From a virus: DNA of 64,000 nt. The DNA is taken from the IMG/VR virus record IMGVR_UViG_3300027969_000047; one strand, written 5' to 3'. The translations under genes were made by a program, and so were the position numbers. The notes under the pieces are model-generated. The model searched no databases and was not told the DNA's origin. It saw nothing but the letters and a program-made list of their open reading frames with translations. Below are positions 1 to 9,784 of this stretch, piece by piece (the stretch's first letter is position 1; every line of letters begins with the position of its first letter).

Positions 1-1497
1 GATACCAACAGCAGGATAGTTGTTACTTGATGGTGCACCAAATGCACCACCTGCTGTGCCAGTAAAAAAGTTATTACTGGTCGGGTACATGTCACCACTT
101 AATTTAGATACATTGACACCCAATAAGAATGTTGTTGCACTTGTGTAGTGTGGTACTGTGCTTGAATAGATTACAGTTGTTGATGATGGAACAATTGTAG
201 GTGTTGCAAATGTTGGAGAGCCTGGAGCCGAGTCATCATAGTACCATGAAACTGTTGATGTGTTTGAACCAGCAGAATGTGAAAGATAAATTTCATTCCA
301 TCCATTTGCCACTGTACCAGAACCTTGGCAGTCAAAACTACGCCAAAAGTCAGCATATGAAATTCTACCAGTCTGTGCATAATCTTTACTATCAGTAACA
401 ATCAAATCACTGTATGTTCCATTTGCACTTGATGATGTAAATGTGACTGCACCTGTAGCAACATTATTCTTTACGAGTGTTAAAGTACCAGATTCACCTG
501 GACCCACATCATTAAATGTATTTGTTGTATATGATGAGGCTCTACGAACTGAAGTAACTGTAGAACCTGCGGCAGCCTGTTTGCTTGCTGTTGTTGTTCT
601 ATCAGTTTGTGTAAAACTTGTCATTCTATAAGTTGACAAAGTATTTACAACTAATGAAGTTGCATTTGGAAAAGCACCAGGAGACTGTGGTACTAATTTA
701 CCAAGAATCTGATTGATTTGTGCAAGACCATTTGTCACCGTTGTAGCTTGCGTTAATGTCACAGCATTACTTACAAGAACGCCAGCAGTATTTGCACCAA
801 GAACTACAGTGTTACCAAAAACATTGTTTGCGGCATTGTATGATGAGTTAGCTTGTGCAAAAGCAGAATCTAATCTGCCAGCATCTGCAATAGTATAATA
901 TGTTGCACCATCAGAAGAGTAAACCCATTTGTCATTACCTTCATCCCAAATCAAATATGCATTTGCTGATGCGCCACGGTCAATCTCAATACCAGCATTA
1001 GCCGCAGGAGTTGCTGATGAACCAATAGACGCATTCAATGTAATGATGTTGTCTTTGATTAAGACAGTTTCTGTATTGGCATATACATTGCTACCAATAA
1101 CAGTCAAATTACCTGAGACAGTTACATCACCAGAAATGGTACCACCAGCAGATGCAAACTTAGTATTTGCTTGATTGTATGCCGCTTGTGCTAAATTGTT
1201 TGCTGAATTAGCTTTGTCAAAAGCAGAGTTTGCTTTATCATGTGCTGGTTGTATTTGTGGACCAACATTGTTTGCCGCATTAAAGGCAGCCTGTGCAGTT
1301 ATTGTTCCTGTGTTAGCTTGTGCATACGAAGAATTTAATCTATCAATATATGCTTGACCACCAACAACCAAAACCCCATCACCATTAGCAGTACCTATGA
1401 ATAAGGTATTACTAACATATGAATATCCTTGTTCACCTAATTCAAGCGTTGTTGGCGCTGAATTGGCAATAGAGGTTTTTATCTGTATTAATGACAT
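1..1497 (-). CDS. Tail fibre protein, partial (runs off window start; absent from ORF track)
   Basis: Manual translation from ATG at 1497: MSLIQIKTSIANSAPTTLELGEQGYSYVSNTLFIG...GDVTVSGNLTV...DNIITLN...NAGIEIDRG...LIWDEGNDKW, typical phage fibre motifs; AF.xAN repeats. Confidence 0.75.
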   Translation of the reverse strand, partial: MSLIQIKTSIANSAPTTLELGEQGYSYVSNTLFIGTANGDGVLVVGGQAYIDRLNSSYAQANTGTITAQAAFNAANNVGPQIQPAHDKANSAFDKANSANNLAQAAYNQANTKFASAGGTISGDVTVSGNLTVIGSNVYANTETVLIKDNIITLNASIGSSATPAANAGIEIDRGASANAYLIWDEGNDKWVYSSDGATYYTIADAGRLDSAFAQANSSYNAANNVFGNTVVLGANTAGVLVSNAVTLTQATTVTNGLAQINQILGKLVPQSPGAFPNATSLVVNTLSTYRMTSFTQTDRTTTASKQAAAGSTVTSVRRASSYTTNTFNDVGPGESGTLTLVKNNVATGAVTFTSSSANGTYSDLIVTDSKDYAQTGRISYADFWRSFDCQGSGTVANGWNEIYLSHSAGSNTSTVSWYYDDSAPGSPTFATPTIVPSSTTVIYSSTVPHYTSATTFLLGVNVSKLSGDMYPTSNNFFTGTAGGAFGAPSSNNYPAVGI

Positions 1498-1733
1498 TAG
1501 AATGTACCGCCACTTAGTGCATTGATGTATGGGTCAGCGGCTTCGTATTTTTGTGTTATCGAATTGTAGACAAGTGTTCTACCATTAGATGTGTTTGCGG
1601 TGTTCACATTCGACAAACTTCCCAATGAGATGTTTGAAGATGGGATTGTTGTAACTGAAGCAACGGATTTTGTAGAAGGTCTAATCGAAACCGTTGATGC
1701 AGAATTCGTAATTACTGTTACATTCGTTACCAT
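1497..1733 (-). CDS. Small virion/tail-associated protein
   Basis: LGSLSNV...NGRTLVYNSITQKY fibre repeat, ends SGGTF; coupled to both neighbours. Confidence 0.6.
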   Translation of the reverse strand: MVTNVTVITNSASTVSIRPSTKSVASVTTIPSSNISLGSLSNVNTANTSNGRTLVYNSITQKYEAADPYINALSGGTF

Positions 1734-2065
1734 TATCGTGTCACTGATGGAAGAACTGTTGCGATACCTTCAACAACTCTAGTTTTAATATTTGATGGAC
1801 TTGTCATAACCAAATCGTAAACATATCTTCCGGGAGTAAGATTAGCAGTGTTTGCAGATGACATTGCCATGGTTATTTCACCATTAGCGGCTTCTGTGAT
1901 TGAAACTGTAAAATCAACTGCCGTAGTTGAGTAGTGTGATTTACGCATCTGTGCGGCTACACTATATGACGCTAAGTTTTGACCAGCACCAGTGGCATCA
2001 TTTACTTTGACAACTGATGAATAATTGGCGCCTTGTTCGACCGTAATTTCTGCATAACCAGCCAT
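1733..2065 (-). CDS. Conserved virion structural protein (T4-like aquatic phages)
   Basis: EQGANY...AQMRKS...GRYVYD...RVVEGIATV.P.VTR pattern; GGGGGA RBS. Confidence 0.65.
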   Translation of the reverse strand: MAGYAEITVEQGANYSSVVKVNDATGAGQNLASYSVAAQMRKSHYSTTAVDFTVSITEAANGEITMAMSSANTANLTPGRYVYDLVMTSPSNIKTRVVEGIATVLPSVTR

Positions 2066-2094
2066 TGCATTCCCCCGAAAACTTGTTAATACTC

Positions 2095-2101
2095 TATTTA
2101 G
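2095..2101 (-). promoter_or_regulatory. T4-type late promoter (CTAAATA variant)
   Basis: TAAATA core just downstream of a terminator and upstream of a structural gene. Confidence 0.5.
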
Positions 2102-2124
2102 TCATTCATGGTACTATTAGAAAC

Positions 2125-2146
2125 AAAAAACCCCGCCAAGGCGGGG
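2125..2146 (-). terminator. Rho-independent terminator
   Basis: CCCCGCC-TT-GGCGGGG hairpin followed by U-tract on the minus strand. Confidence 0.85.
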
Positions 2147-2166
2147 ATTTGTTATACTACAATATA

Positions 2167-2598
2167 TTATTCTGTTGGCCAGTTCTGTGCTGTTACAACA
2201 GTTGACAAAGCAGGAACATCTGCGGCACCAGCAATTGCAGTTACTAATCGTGTGCATTCTGTGATTACTGCGGCACGATGTGTTACTGTTGCTTCTGGAA
2301 TTGCAACATCTCTCTCTGCTTTACGAATGACCATCCAATCAGTTTGTGATAGAATACTGTTTGCAGTTTGCTTAACAGTTTCAGTCCATAGAGTTTTCAA
2401 TACGGCTAAATCTTTTGGATGGTCTACACCCCAATAGAATCTATCATCATATTGCACATTTGTATCTTCTACTTCCGTGATACCAATTGCGTGTTTTTCT
2501 TCTAATGAAGTTAGGCGCAACCAATTGGCAGGATACTGAACACCATTATGCTTGAATGGTGCATCTAATGGTAGAGTTTTGTTATCTAGTAAAAACAT
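2167..2598 (-). CDS. Tail fibre assembly chaperone-like protein
   Basis: YPANWL...LSQTDWMVIR..E motif; directly follows a fibre/RBP gene. Confidence 0.65.
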   Translation of the reverse strand: MFLLDNKTLPLDAPFKHNGVQYPANWLRLTSLEEKHAIGITEVEDTNVQYDDRFYWGVDHPKDLAVLKTLWTETVKQTANSILSQTDWMVIRKAERDVAIPEATVTHRAAVITECTRLVTAIAGAADVPALSTVVTAQNWPTE

Positions 2599-2607
2599 TT
2601 TTTTTCC

Positions 2608-5034
2608 TTATCGTGCATTCGAATATTTGAATGGGTTTTCGGCAAAGGCCATGTAGATGTAAGTTCCACCTGATGCGTTAATATCAGTCCACGAGTTTCT
2701 TATTTTGAAACCGTTGGAATTTATGTCAAGCACATTAGAAGAACCAGCATCAGTCGCATTTGAGTTTGCGTACAAATAATTATCTACATCATTGTAGGTA
2801 TCACGAGCAGTATCCAACATTACCCATCCACCTGTGCTGTCTGTGCGTTTAATCATTAAAAACCTTGCCCTAAACCCCAAAAATACAAATACGCCATCCG
2901 AAGAGCCATTGCCCGTGTAGCTGCCAAATGCGCTGTACCCTGCTACTGCTGAGAAAGCATAAAGAACTATAAGGCTCGATCCACCAGTAATTTGACCAGC
3001 AGTAATACCGATAGTGGTAGAACTTATTGAATTAAGCCAATTTGAACCTGTTGTAAATGGAGCGTTTGTAGCATTTAAGTACATACCTTTTGTTGTTGGT
3101 ATTGAGTCTACTGATTCAAAATAGTTATGCCATAGTACCCAGTTAGAAACAGAATTTCTTTCTTTGAGAATAAACATACTTGGGGCAACGCCTAATCCGT
3201 GGCCTATTGTATAGCTGCCACTTGTTTCTGTATATGTCACGATGCTAAATCCCGCAGTTGGATTTGCACTGACTTGTGATGATATAGTTCCGCTTGTGTT
3301 AGTGACTGATGTTCCACCGCCTGCTTTCCATTGCCAAGCAACATATGTCTCGGCGCTGTTATTGCCTTGGTCGGCGGTGTTGAGCGTAAACCCGGTGGAA
3401 TTCACCGAACTCAAAATAGAGCCAGAGTATTCTACTTGGGTAAGGTCAGAACAAATAGTATTGGCGATACCACGCACAGTATCTATCAGCCTGTGGTCTC
3501 TGGCGGCTGAGCGTGATTTCTGCCATATAAAATCAGGTTGGAATGATATACCGTTGACCGTATTGGTAACAACTTGCGTGGCGCCTGTACCTGTATATGT
3601 TGTAGCCGCCATGTACGCCGCACCACTTGGTATTGCTGGTGTAGATAGATTGTATGTGTTCAGTGCATTATAACCTGTTGGTGGTGTGTATGCGAATGCC
3701 CGTTGACCAAAGTTCCAAAAGAAAGAACCATTCGGGTCAGAGTCAGAGCCAAATAACCAACCATTACCTGTGTTGGTCATCCCTGTATATGCTACACCAA
3801 GAGAAGTTCCGTTTTTATAAAATGTAATTGAGCCGGCATCAGCATCCATTGCAATACCAATGATATCGCCAGTTGTTGACGATGCCGCATAAGCAACACC
3901 GGTGTTATCGTTATTACATTTATTTCCTGTATTTACTTTATATGCATAACCTGGATTTCTTGCACTACCAGATCCAAGAGTTCCTAAACCTGCTTTTGGT
4001 ACATCAGAAGAAACCCCAATCCATTGTGCTGTTACCGCCGCATTGATATAAACTTCAGCATACCATTTTCCCGAAGTCATTGGAATAGTTGCATATGTTG
4101 TTCCAGTAACACCACCATTTGCACCAACAGTGAATTTAAGATTTCCGTCAGAAGTAAAATCGGTGCTTGTATTATATTGTCTAATGCCAGGATTCAATAC
4201 CGCATAGTTACTAGCTAAAGGTCCAACAGTCGGCGAATCTCTCATAAAATCATAAGTAACACCAGCAGTTTTGCTGATATTATTTGGTGTCCAATTGTTA
4301 CCGTTACCTGAATAATCTTTACCTATTGTTGCGGCTGTGTTATCGCTAGTGTCTGCAAACTTCAAATAGAAACCGTTTGTGCCGTATGTGCCTGTGTATG
4401 CTTTTGGAACCCATTGGCCAGTAAGAATATCATTTTGACCAAATGATGATGGTGTCAGGGCTTGTCCGTCAATCAAATAAACTTCTGCTATTTCACCATC
4501 AAAATTTCCACTACCACCACCATTAGATGAGGATCCAATTGAATGTGAAGCTGTACTGTTCACATATGTGTCTGCATTTTGTGCCATCCAAGTTTGAGAA
4601 CCTAGTGCTTGCTGAACGCCATTTATATAAATTTTTATACGGTTTGTATTTGTTGCTTGTGTAGTATCTACTGCAACAACAACATGATACCATGCTGAAG
4701 GATCTCTATAAGATGCAGAAGTGTAAACACCCGGTCCAACACCAGCATTATTCGACATAGTTATTGATTGAACAGCAGAATAGTTAGAATCAGTAGAAAT
4801 AGCAATAACTGTCCAAGGATTATTTGGTCTTCCAGCATCCAATAAAAGATTATCTGCTGGAAATGTTCCTCGCTTGATCCAAAGCGAATATGTCCAAGTT
4901 TTACGATTGCCGGCAACAGAAGGTGTTCTACTTAAAAAACCACCTGCACTACTACGCAGGCGCAAACTATTGTTTATGAAGTAACCACCTTGACCGGAAG
5001 CACCCATCAAAGCGGTATTATGAAATGCGCTCAT
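2608..5034 (-). CDS. Receptor-binding tail protein with ConA/LamG-like and SPRY-like domains
   Basis: RDPSAWYHVVVAVDTTQ (LamG-like), SGKWYAEV...GDIIGIAMD...FYKNG (SPRY-like), PDFIWQKSR/HGLGVAP repeats. Confidence 0.75.
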   Translation of the reverse strand: MSAFHNTALMGASGQGGYFINNSLRLRSSAGGFLSRTPSVAGNRKTWTYSLWIKRGTFPADNLLLDAGRPNNPWTVIAISTDSNYSAVQSITMSNNAGVGPGVYTSASYRDPSAWYHVVVAVDTTQATNTNRIKIYINGVQQALGSQTWMAQNADTYVNSTASHSIGSSSNGGGSGNFDGEIAEVYLIDGQALTPSSFGQNDILTGQWVPKAYTGTYGTNGFYLKFADTSDNTAATIGKDYSGNGNNWTPNNISKTAGVTYDFMRDSPTVGPLASNYAVLNPGIRQYNTSTDFTSDGNLKFTVGANGGVTGTTYATIPMTSGKWYAEVYINAAVTAQWIGVSSDVPKAGLGTLGSGSARNPGYAYKVNTGNKCNNDNTGVAYAASSTTGDIIGIAMDADAGSITFYKNGTSLGVAYTGMTNTGNGWLFGSDSDPNGSFFWNFGQRAFAYTPPTGYNALNTYNLSTPAIPSGAAYMAATTYTGTGATQVVTNTVNGISFQPDFIWQKSRSAARDHRLIDTVRGIANTICSDLTQVEYSGSILSSVNSTGFTLNTADQGNNSAETYVAWQWKAGGGTSVTNTSGTISSQVSANPTAGFSIVTYTETSGSYTIGHGLGVAPSMFILKERNSVSNWVLWHNYFESVDSIPTTKGMYLNATNAPFTTGSNWLNSISSTTIGITAGQITGGSSLIVLYAFSAVAGYSAFGSYTGNGSSDGVFVFLGFRARFLMIKRTDSTGGWVMLDTARDTYNDVDNYLYANSNATDAGSSNVLDINSNGFKIRNSWTDINASGGTYIYMAFAENPFKYSNAR

Positions 5035-5438
5035 TAAGAATAATTTCCAGTAAAGACTGCTTGAATAGATGTTGCAGAGCGAACGATGTAATCGATTCTA
5101 TCAACAGCATTTGCGGTTGTTGATAGTGTGGGTACAGTTCCAGTAGGAAAGTCCCACTGTGTACCCCATGAAAGTGTTCTGCTTCCAGTAGCATCTTGAA
5201 CAACAAAGATTGAACCTGATTGACCAGAAGTTAATGAAGTAACATTAGCGATTGTTCTGTTGCCACCAAGAGTCACTGTGAAGTTACAGCTTGTTTGTAA
5301 ATTTGGTGTGATGGTTGCGGCATCAGTCAATGTCGTAATCGTTGGAGCCAAAGCACCATCGATTGTGTCGGATACTGTCAACTCACCTAATGAAGTAACA
5401 TCATTGCTTGTGTAAATTGATTTAACTATTCTAGCCAT
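5034..5438 (-). CDS. Tail fibre adaptor protein
   Basis: VTLGGNRT...QDATGSRTLSW...PTLSTTANAVD motif typical of fibre adaptor domains. Confidence 0.55.
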   Translation of the reverse strand: MARIVKSIYTSNDVTSLGELTVSDTIDGALAPTITTLTDAATITPNLQTSCNFTVTLGGNRTIANVTSLTSGQSGSIFVVQDATGSRTLSWGTQWDFPTGTVPTLSTTANAVDRIDYIVRSATSIQAVFTGNYS

Positions 5439-5457
5439 ATATTTCTTCTTTTAAAAA

Positions 5458-5613
5458 TTAAGACAGTTGAATTGCATCGTATGTTCCATCATATTTATAG
5501 AATGGAATTTGACCGAGTTGCAGTACAAGTGCAGTGTTTAATGTTCCATCATATTTATAGAATGGAAATATCGCATTAGTTAAAAATGTTGATTTGATTC
5601 TACTTAGTGCCAT
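5458..5613 (-). CDS. 51-aa protein with duplicated PFYKYDGT motif (not in ORF track)
   Basis: MALSRIKSTFLTNAIFPFYKYDGTLNTALVLQLGQIPFYKYDGTYDAIQLS; AGGA RBS; fills the intergenic gap. Confidence 0.7.
   Translation of the reverse strand: MALSRIKSTFLTNAIFPFYKYDGTLNTALVLQLGQIPFYKYDGTYDAIQLS
5481..5567. repeat. Perfect 27-bp direct repeat x2, 33-bp spacer
   Basis: ATGTTCCATCATATTTATAGAATGGAA at 5481-5507 and 5541-5567. Confidence 0.95.
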
Positions 5614-5629
5614 TTTGTTATCCTGTTAG

Positions 5630-5983
5630 TTAGTCGAATGTAATTTCATTCCAACTTGTTGTGGATTCAATCCACTCATAATTTTTACCATCATTAGGCA
5701 TTGGTGTTGGTGCTTGCCATAACCAAGTCGATTCATTCATAATCCAACTAGCATATGGTTTTGGTTCATAGAACACATCATTTGTTTTATCGTAAGTGAA
5801 ACCAACTCCAGCATAATTACCCCGTAAAGGTGTACCACCTTGAGTGTGTTGATTACCATATGTATTATATGAAGTCTGAATCCATTCACCCGGACTTGTG
5901 TCTACGAATGTATCAAAAAATTCTTGTTCAGCAACAATCACTTTTGTTACTTTACCGTCCGTTACTTTTGCAAAATGTGCCAT
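5630..5983 (-). CDS. Tail fibre chaperone-like protein
   Basis: MAHFAK...WIQTSYN...RGNYAG.G.TYD...PYASW family that usually follows Gly-rich fibres. Confidence 0.65.
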   Translation of the reverse strand: MAHFAKVTDGKVTKVIVAEQEFFDTFVDTSPGEWIQTSYNTYGNQHTQGGTPLRGNYAGVGFTYDKTNDVFYEPKPYASWIMNESTWLWQAPTPMPNDGKNYEWIESTTSWNEITFD

Positions 5984-5991
5984 TATTTTCC

Positions 5992-7011
5992 TTACGCTGT
6001 AAATGTACCAGAAGAGGTGAAGGTGTGATAGGTGTATCCACCAGCAGAAGTTACTGTACCACCGGTACCTCTTTGACTTCCAACATAACGAATAATAATA
6101 ATGCCGCTGCCGCCAAGTTTACCAGCTTGCGATCCGCTTGTGCCATAGGAGCCGCCGCCGCCGCCGCCGGTATTAACCGTGCCAGCAGTAGAACTAGCGA
6201 ATGGAGCACCTGTACCACCACCACCAGCACCTCCTGTAACAGTTCCAGATCCGCCGCCTGAGCCTCCACCTGCGTAAAATGTTCCAAGTGATTGCCAGTT
6301 TACTCCTGCGCCACCTTGGTTTCCAGAACCGGCAGCACTTGCACCACCGCCACCGCCAGCAGTTCCTTGACCACCAGGAGCCGCACCACCATCTTTGCCT
6401 TGTCCAAAAGTTCCGGTACCTGCACTTTGGCTGCCAGTGCCTGTGGGATCGCCAGCACCACCACCTGATCCGCCATTACGAGTAGAAGCGCCGTTATTAG
6501 GACCTCCCGATCCGCCACCTACCGCAGTTAAAGTAAGTCCAGTAGAATCACTACCGGCATATCCTGCTGTGGCGCCGCCAGCACCAATGACAAGTGTATA
6601 TGCTGTGGTTAAAGATGCAGTGAATGTGCCGTACAGCGCCCCGCCGGCGCCTCCACCACCAGAAGCGTAAGTACCTGTTCCCAGATTAGCGCCACCGGCA
6701 CCTCCGCCCGCAACAATTAAATATTCGACCGCATATGTTCCAGCAGTTTGTGTTGTAAGAGCAAGCCAAGAAACATTTGAGTATGCTTCAAATTCACTAT
6801 TTGTTGTGTTGTAGCGAATCATTCCAACAACCGCACTGGCTGGTCGTTGTGCGGTTGTGCCACTAGGAATTTTTAGAAATCCTGTGCCATTGAATGTTGT
6901 GTTACCAGTCACAGTCATGTTATTCGAAAATGTCACCTGCGCCGCAACATTAATCGAAGATGCGTATGATGCATCTGATTCTATGCGGTCAACAATTATA
7001 GTTCCAGCCAT
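5992..7011 (-). CDS. Glycine-rich tail fibre tip/adhesin
   Basis: IPSGTTAQRP...G.IRYNT shaft motif, then VEYLIVAGGG...GGSGIIIIRY...HTFTSSGTF Gly-rich domain. Confidence 0.7.
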   Translation of the reverse strand: MAGTIIVDRIESDASYASSINVAAQVTFSNNMTVTGNTTFNGTGFLKIPSGTTAQRPASAVVGMIRYNTTNSEFEAYSNVSWLALTTQTAGTYAVEYLIVAGGGAGGANLGTGTYASGGGGAGGALYGTFTASLTTAYTLVIGAGGATAGYAGSDSTGLTLTAVGGGSGGPNNGASTRNGGSGGGAGDPTGTGSQSAGTGTFGQGKDGGAAPGGQGTAGGGGGASAAGSGNQGGAGVNWQSLGTFYAGGGSGGGSGTVTGGAGGGGTGAPFASSTAGTVNTGGGGGGSYGTSGSQAGKLGGSGIIIIRYVGSQRGTGGTVTSAGGYTYHTFTSSGTFTA

Positions 7012-7048
7012 TTTTTATCCTAATGTGTTAAGTATATAGTAGGTCATA

Positions 7049-7318
7049 TTAGATTCCCAACGCTTGTTTTAATTTTGCTAGTTCTGCTGGGTTTTCTAAA
7101 ATCATGTCAGTCAATGATTTAGGTGTTGGCATTTCAATAACTTCAGGCGGATTTGGATTTGTAAATGTGCTGTTTGCATAAGTCCAACCAATGCTTACAT
7201 TATCAGCTTGAACAGCTACATGACCCTCTTCAAAACCCGCAGGAGGTGTAGAAGGTTGTGATTCATATTCAATGACATTGATAACAACACCATCTTTAAC
7301 AATTGCGTATTTGTTCAT
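7049..7318 (-). CDS. Tail fibre chaperone-like protein
   Basis: YAIVKDGVVINVI...IGWTY...F..P motif; ATGA-coupled to the fibre gene. Confidence 0.55.
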   Translation of the reverse strand: MNKYAIVKDGVVINVIEYESQPSTPPAGFEEGHVAVQADNVSIGWTYANSTFTNPNPPEVIEMPTPKSLTDMILENPAELAKLKQALGI

Positions 7319-8061
7319 ATATAAAACTCCATAACAATGATAATTCCAGAACCGCCAGCGCCGCCGTTTTGCGCCCCGCCCGTACCAGCAGTTCCTCCTG
7401 CTCCAACCGCATATGAATAAGTTGCGGATGGTGATAAAATAATGGCTTCAAGATACCCACCAGCGGCACCTCCAGCACCCGCATATTGGTTATTAATGTA
7501 AGTAACTGCGCCAGCACCTCCTGCTCCCGTATTTGCGGCACCCGCACCAGAAGCGGCGGCTTGAGCATTTGCACAAGCAGAACCACCAAATGGGTTTACG
7601 CCGCCATATCCGCCGGGATATTGAGCAGAAGAAAGAGTGCCGGGATACATTCCTCCGCCACCTTGACCACCAGTTAATGTAAATCCAGAAGCAGGCGAAC
7701 TTATTGTTGCGCTACCACCAGCACCTGCAATATAACTAGAACCGGCACCACCAGTAGCAGTTAGCAAAGATGTGCCAAATGTTGTAGTGCCACCACTACC
7801 ACCTGCACCAGAATTATTGGTTGTACCACCACCACTACCACCTCCACACATTTTTACATAAATGGCTTTACAGTTTGCGGGAGTTGTATAGGTACCAGAA
7901 CCAGAAGTAAATTTTTGAATTGTTATACCACCACTTGCGGCTTTGAGAAATGTTGGAATACCACTAGAATCAAATCGTGCATACTCAGTGCCAGCTGAAT
8001 TCAGAACGAATACATTCGATGTGGTAGACTGTAGTGTATCTGCTTTAATTGTGCTTGCCAT
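7315..8061 (-). CDS. Glycine-rich tail fibre tip/adhesin
   Basis: FTSGSGTYTTP...GGGSGGG...YSYAVGAGG...GGSGIIIVMEF. Confidence 0.7.
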   Translation of the reverse strand: MASTIKADTLQSTTSNVFVLNSAGTEYARFDSSGIPTFLKAASGGITIQKFTSGSGTYTTPANCKAIYVKMCGGGSGGGTTNNSGAGGSGGTTTFGTSLLTATGGAGSSYIAGAGGSATISSPASGFTLTGGQGGGGMYPGTLSSAQYPGGYGGVNPFGGSACANAQAAASGAGAANTGAGGAGAVTYINNQYAGAGGAAGGYLEAIILSPSATYSYAVGAGGTAGTGGAQNGGAGGSGIIIVMEFYI

Positions 8062-8064
8062 TTT

Positions 8065-8301
8065 TTATCCTTGAGGCATTGCAGATTTAATTTGTTCTAC
8101 TGTAGTAGCAGAATTAATCGCTGTTTGCATAGTGTCATATTTAATTCTGATTGCGGCTCTTGCGGCTTCGGCCACTGTAGCATCAACACCAGGAATCTGT
8201 TTCATAATGATTTCATCATGTGGTTTAAATTCTTCTGCTCTCGCTTCACGGCGCTTATCATGTGCGATTGCTTTTGCTTTAGTTACATTGACAGTAATCA
8301 T
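8065..8301 (-). CDS. Tail fibre assembly protein, second part
   Basis: MITVNVTKAKAIAHDKRR; start reassigned to the ATG overlapping the upstream TGA (ATGA). Confidence 0.55.
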   Translation of the reverse strand: MITVNVTKAKAIAHDKRREARAEEFKPHDEIIMKQIPGVDATVAEAARAAIRIKYDTMQTAINSATTVEQIKSAMPQG

Positions 8302-8489
8302 GCTGTATATTCCCATGCGTTACGGAAGGTACGGTCAGATGGAATGTCTTCCACATCTACAATCTTGAATGGTTTGCCAGCAGGGACATCCTTGGCGGCA
8401 ATTTCTTCAATGGTTAAACCACACTCTGGTGCAGGAACAATGACGGCGACACCGCCATCGTCAGTTGGGTAAATAATTCTTGAGTTCAT
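8298..8489 (-). CDS. Tail fibre assembly protein, first part
   Basis: IAAKDVPAGKPFKIVDVEDIPSDRTFRNAW motif. Confidence 0.6.
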   Translation of the reverse strand: MNSRIIYPTDDGGVAVIVPAPECGLTIEEIAAKDVPAGKPFKIVDVEDIPSDRTFRNAWEYTA

Positions 8490-8497
8490 AGTTATCC

Positions 8498-9172
8498 CTA
8501 TCGAAAAATTGCGACATTACATGGGTTTTCATCAACAGCAGAACCAGTACTAACTGCTCTTGCTGAAATAGTTACAGCCGAAACAGTTTGAGTACCAGCA
8601 CCAACAGCATAGGAAGAACCTGAAGTGCCTTGTCCACCACCTGTCCAAACAGTTGTGTAGTTTACATCTGGCAAAGCAGTTGTTATATTAACAGTATAAT
8701 TACCAGTACCATTATCAGTAATACTCGACACATTACCACTTTTACGAATAGCAACAGTGCCTGTGCCGTCAAAGTTTACCCATGCACGGCAACCATATGC
8801 AGTGGCAACAGAGCCATAGCCTGAGTTGAATTGAAAATTAGCATTAGCAGAATTTGAATCAAATCTACCAACTTCAACACCACCTCTAGTAAATCCAATC
8901 GTGTTGGCGGAAGGAAAGTATATACCTGTATCTGGATCACCCGCTGTGGTGATGCTAGGTAATGCGGCTGAGCCTGTTGAGAATGTAGCTACACCAGTAA
9001 TATTTGCAGTGGTAAATGTAGCACTGCTATTTGCTATATTGATATTAACATTGGTTGTAGGAATCAAAGTCAATCCAGTGCTACTAGCCGTAAGGATAGT
9101 AGTGTTACCCACATTCAGACTAATCTGCTGTGAGGTAGCTTGAATTGTATCTGCAATAATTGTGCCGGCCAT
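8498..9172 (-). CDS. Tail fibre tip protein
   Basis: GDPDTGIYFP shaft motif; RAWVNFDG...SGNVSSITDNGTGNYTVN tip domain. Confidence 0.7.
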   Translation of the reverse strand: MAGTIIADTIQATSQQISLNVGNTTILTASSTGLTLIPTTNVNINIANSSATFTTANITGVATFSTGSAALPSITTAGDPDTGIYFPSANTIGFTRGGVEVGRFDSNSANANFQFNSGYGSVATAYGCRAWVNFDGTGTVAIRKSGNVSSITDNGTGNYTVNITTALPDVNYTTVWTGGGQGTSGSSYAVGAGTQTVSAVTISARAVSTGSAVDENPCNVAIFR

Positions 9173-9180
9173 GTTTTACC

Positions 9181-9603
9181 TTAAAATATTGTCCAAGTGC
9201 TATTGTTCGCTATTGTTACAACTACATTATTTGCAACAGTCAATGGACCAGCAGAACTTGCATTATAGCCTGTACTAATTGTGACATTCTCTGTCAGAGT
9301 AGCGGCGTTGATTCTAACAATTCCATATGTATCTGCACTTAGATATGGATTTGTAAGTATTCTTTGTCCAAGATAAACAATCTCGACATTGTTTGTACCA
9401 GCTGGTGGTGCTTCAGTAAAGACGATTTGTCCATTGATTACTGCATACGAATCTGTCTTCTGCTTAACACCAGAAACAAAAACAAGCACGGATGCTTCAT
9501 TACCATATGGGTAAGTTAATGTGAATGCAGTTGTTGTACCATCACCAGACTCAAATTCAGAGTTGAATGTTCCTGCTACTTGCTGTTGGCCGAGATATGA
9601 CAT
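9181..9603 (-). CDS. Fibre adaptor/baseplate-associated protein (MSYLG type)
   Basis: GDGTTTAFTL...V.V.GV.Q...FTEAPP domain plus NASSAGPLTV...WTIF C-terminus. Confidence 0.6.
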   Translation of the reverse strand: MSYLGQQQVAGTFNSEFESGDGTTTAFTLTYPYGNEASVLVFVSGVKQKTDSYAVINGQIVFTEAPPAGTNNVEIVYLGQRILTNPYLSADTYGIVRINAATLTENVTISTGYNASSAGPLTVANNVVVTIANNSTWTIF

Positions 9604-9611
9604 AATTGTAT

Positions 9612-9782
9612 TTAGTTGGTTTCTTCAGCAGGTTCAGGAGTATTGCCTTCGGCAAGCCATTTAAGGTAGACTTGGTAGTCGGTGTTGGCTGGGTCAAAAG
9701 GAATTCCTGCATTGTCTGAAACTCTTAATACAACTTGAAAATTATCAGATGGTAGTTTTTCAACTAGTTTATATAAGTTCAT
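9612..9782 (-). CDS. 56-aa fibre-associated protein (not in ORF track)
   Basis: MNLYKL...[30 protein letters not shown]; paralog of 12798..12950. Confidence 0.8.
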   Translation of the reverse strand: MNLYKLVEKLPSDNFQVVLRVSDNAGIPFDPANTDYQVYLKWLAEGNTPEPAEETN

Positions 9783-9784
9783 TA

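Noticed and set aside
5481-5567. CRISPR array call
   Set aside because: Only two repeats, in frame within a plausible ORF, with no cas operon in the window; kept only as a low-probability alternative.
8065-8489. Frameshifted chaperone pseudogene
   Set aside because: The two ORFs are joined by a normal ATGA translational-coupling overlap, consistent with a genuine two-gene arrangement.
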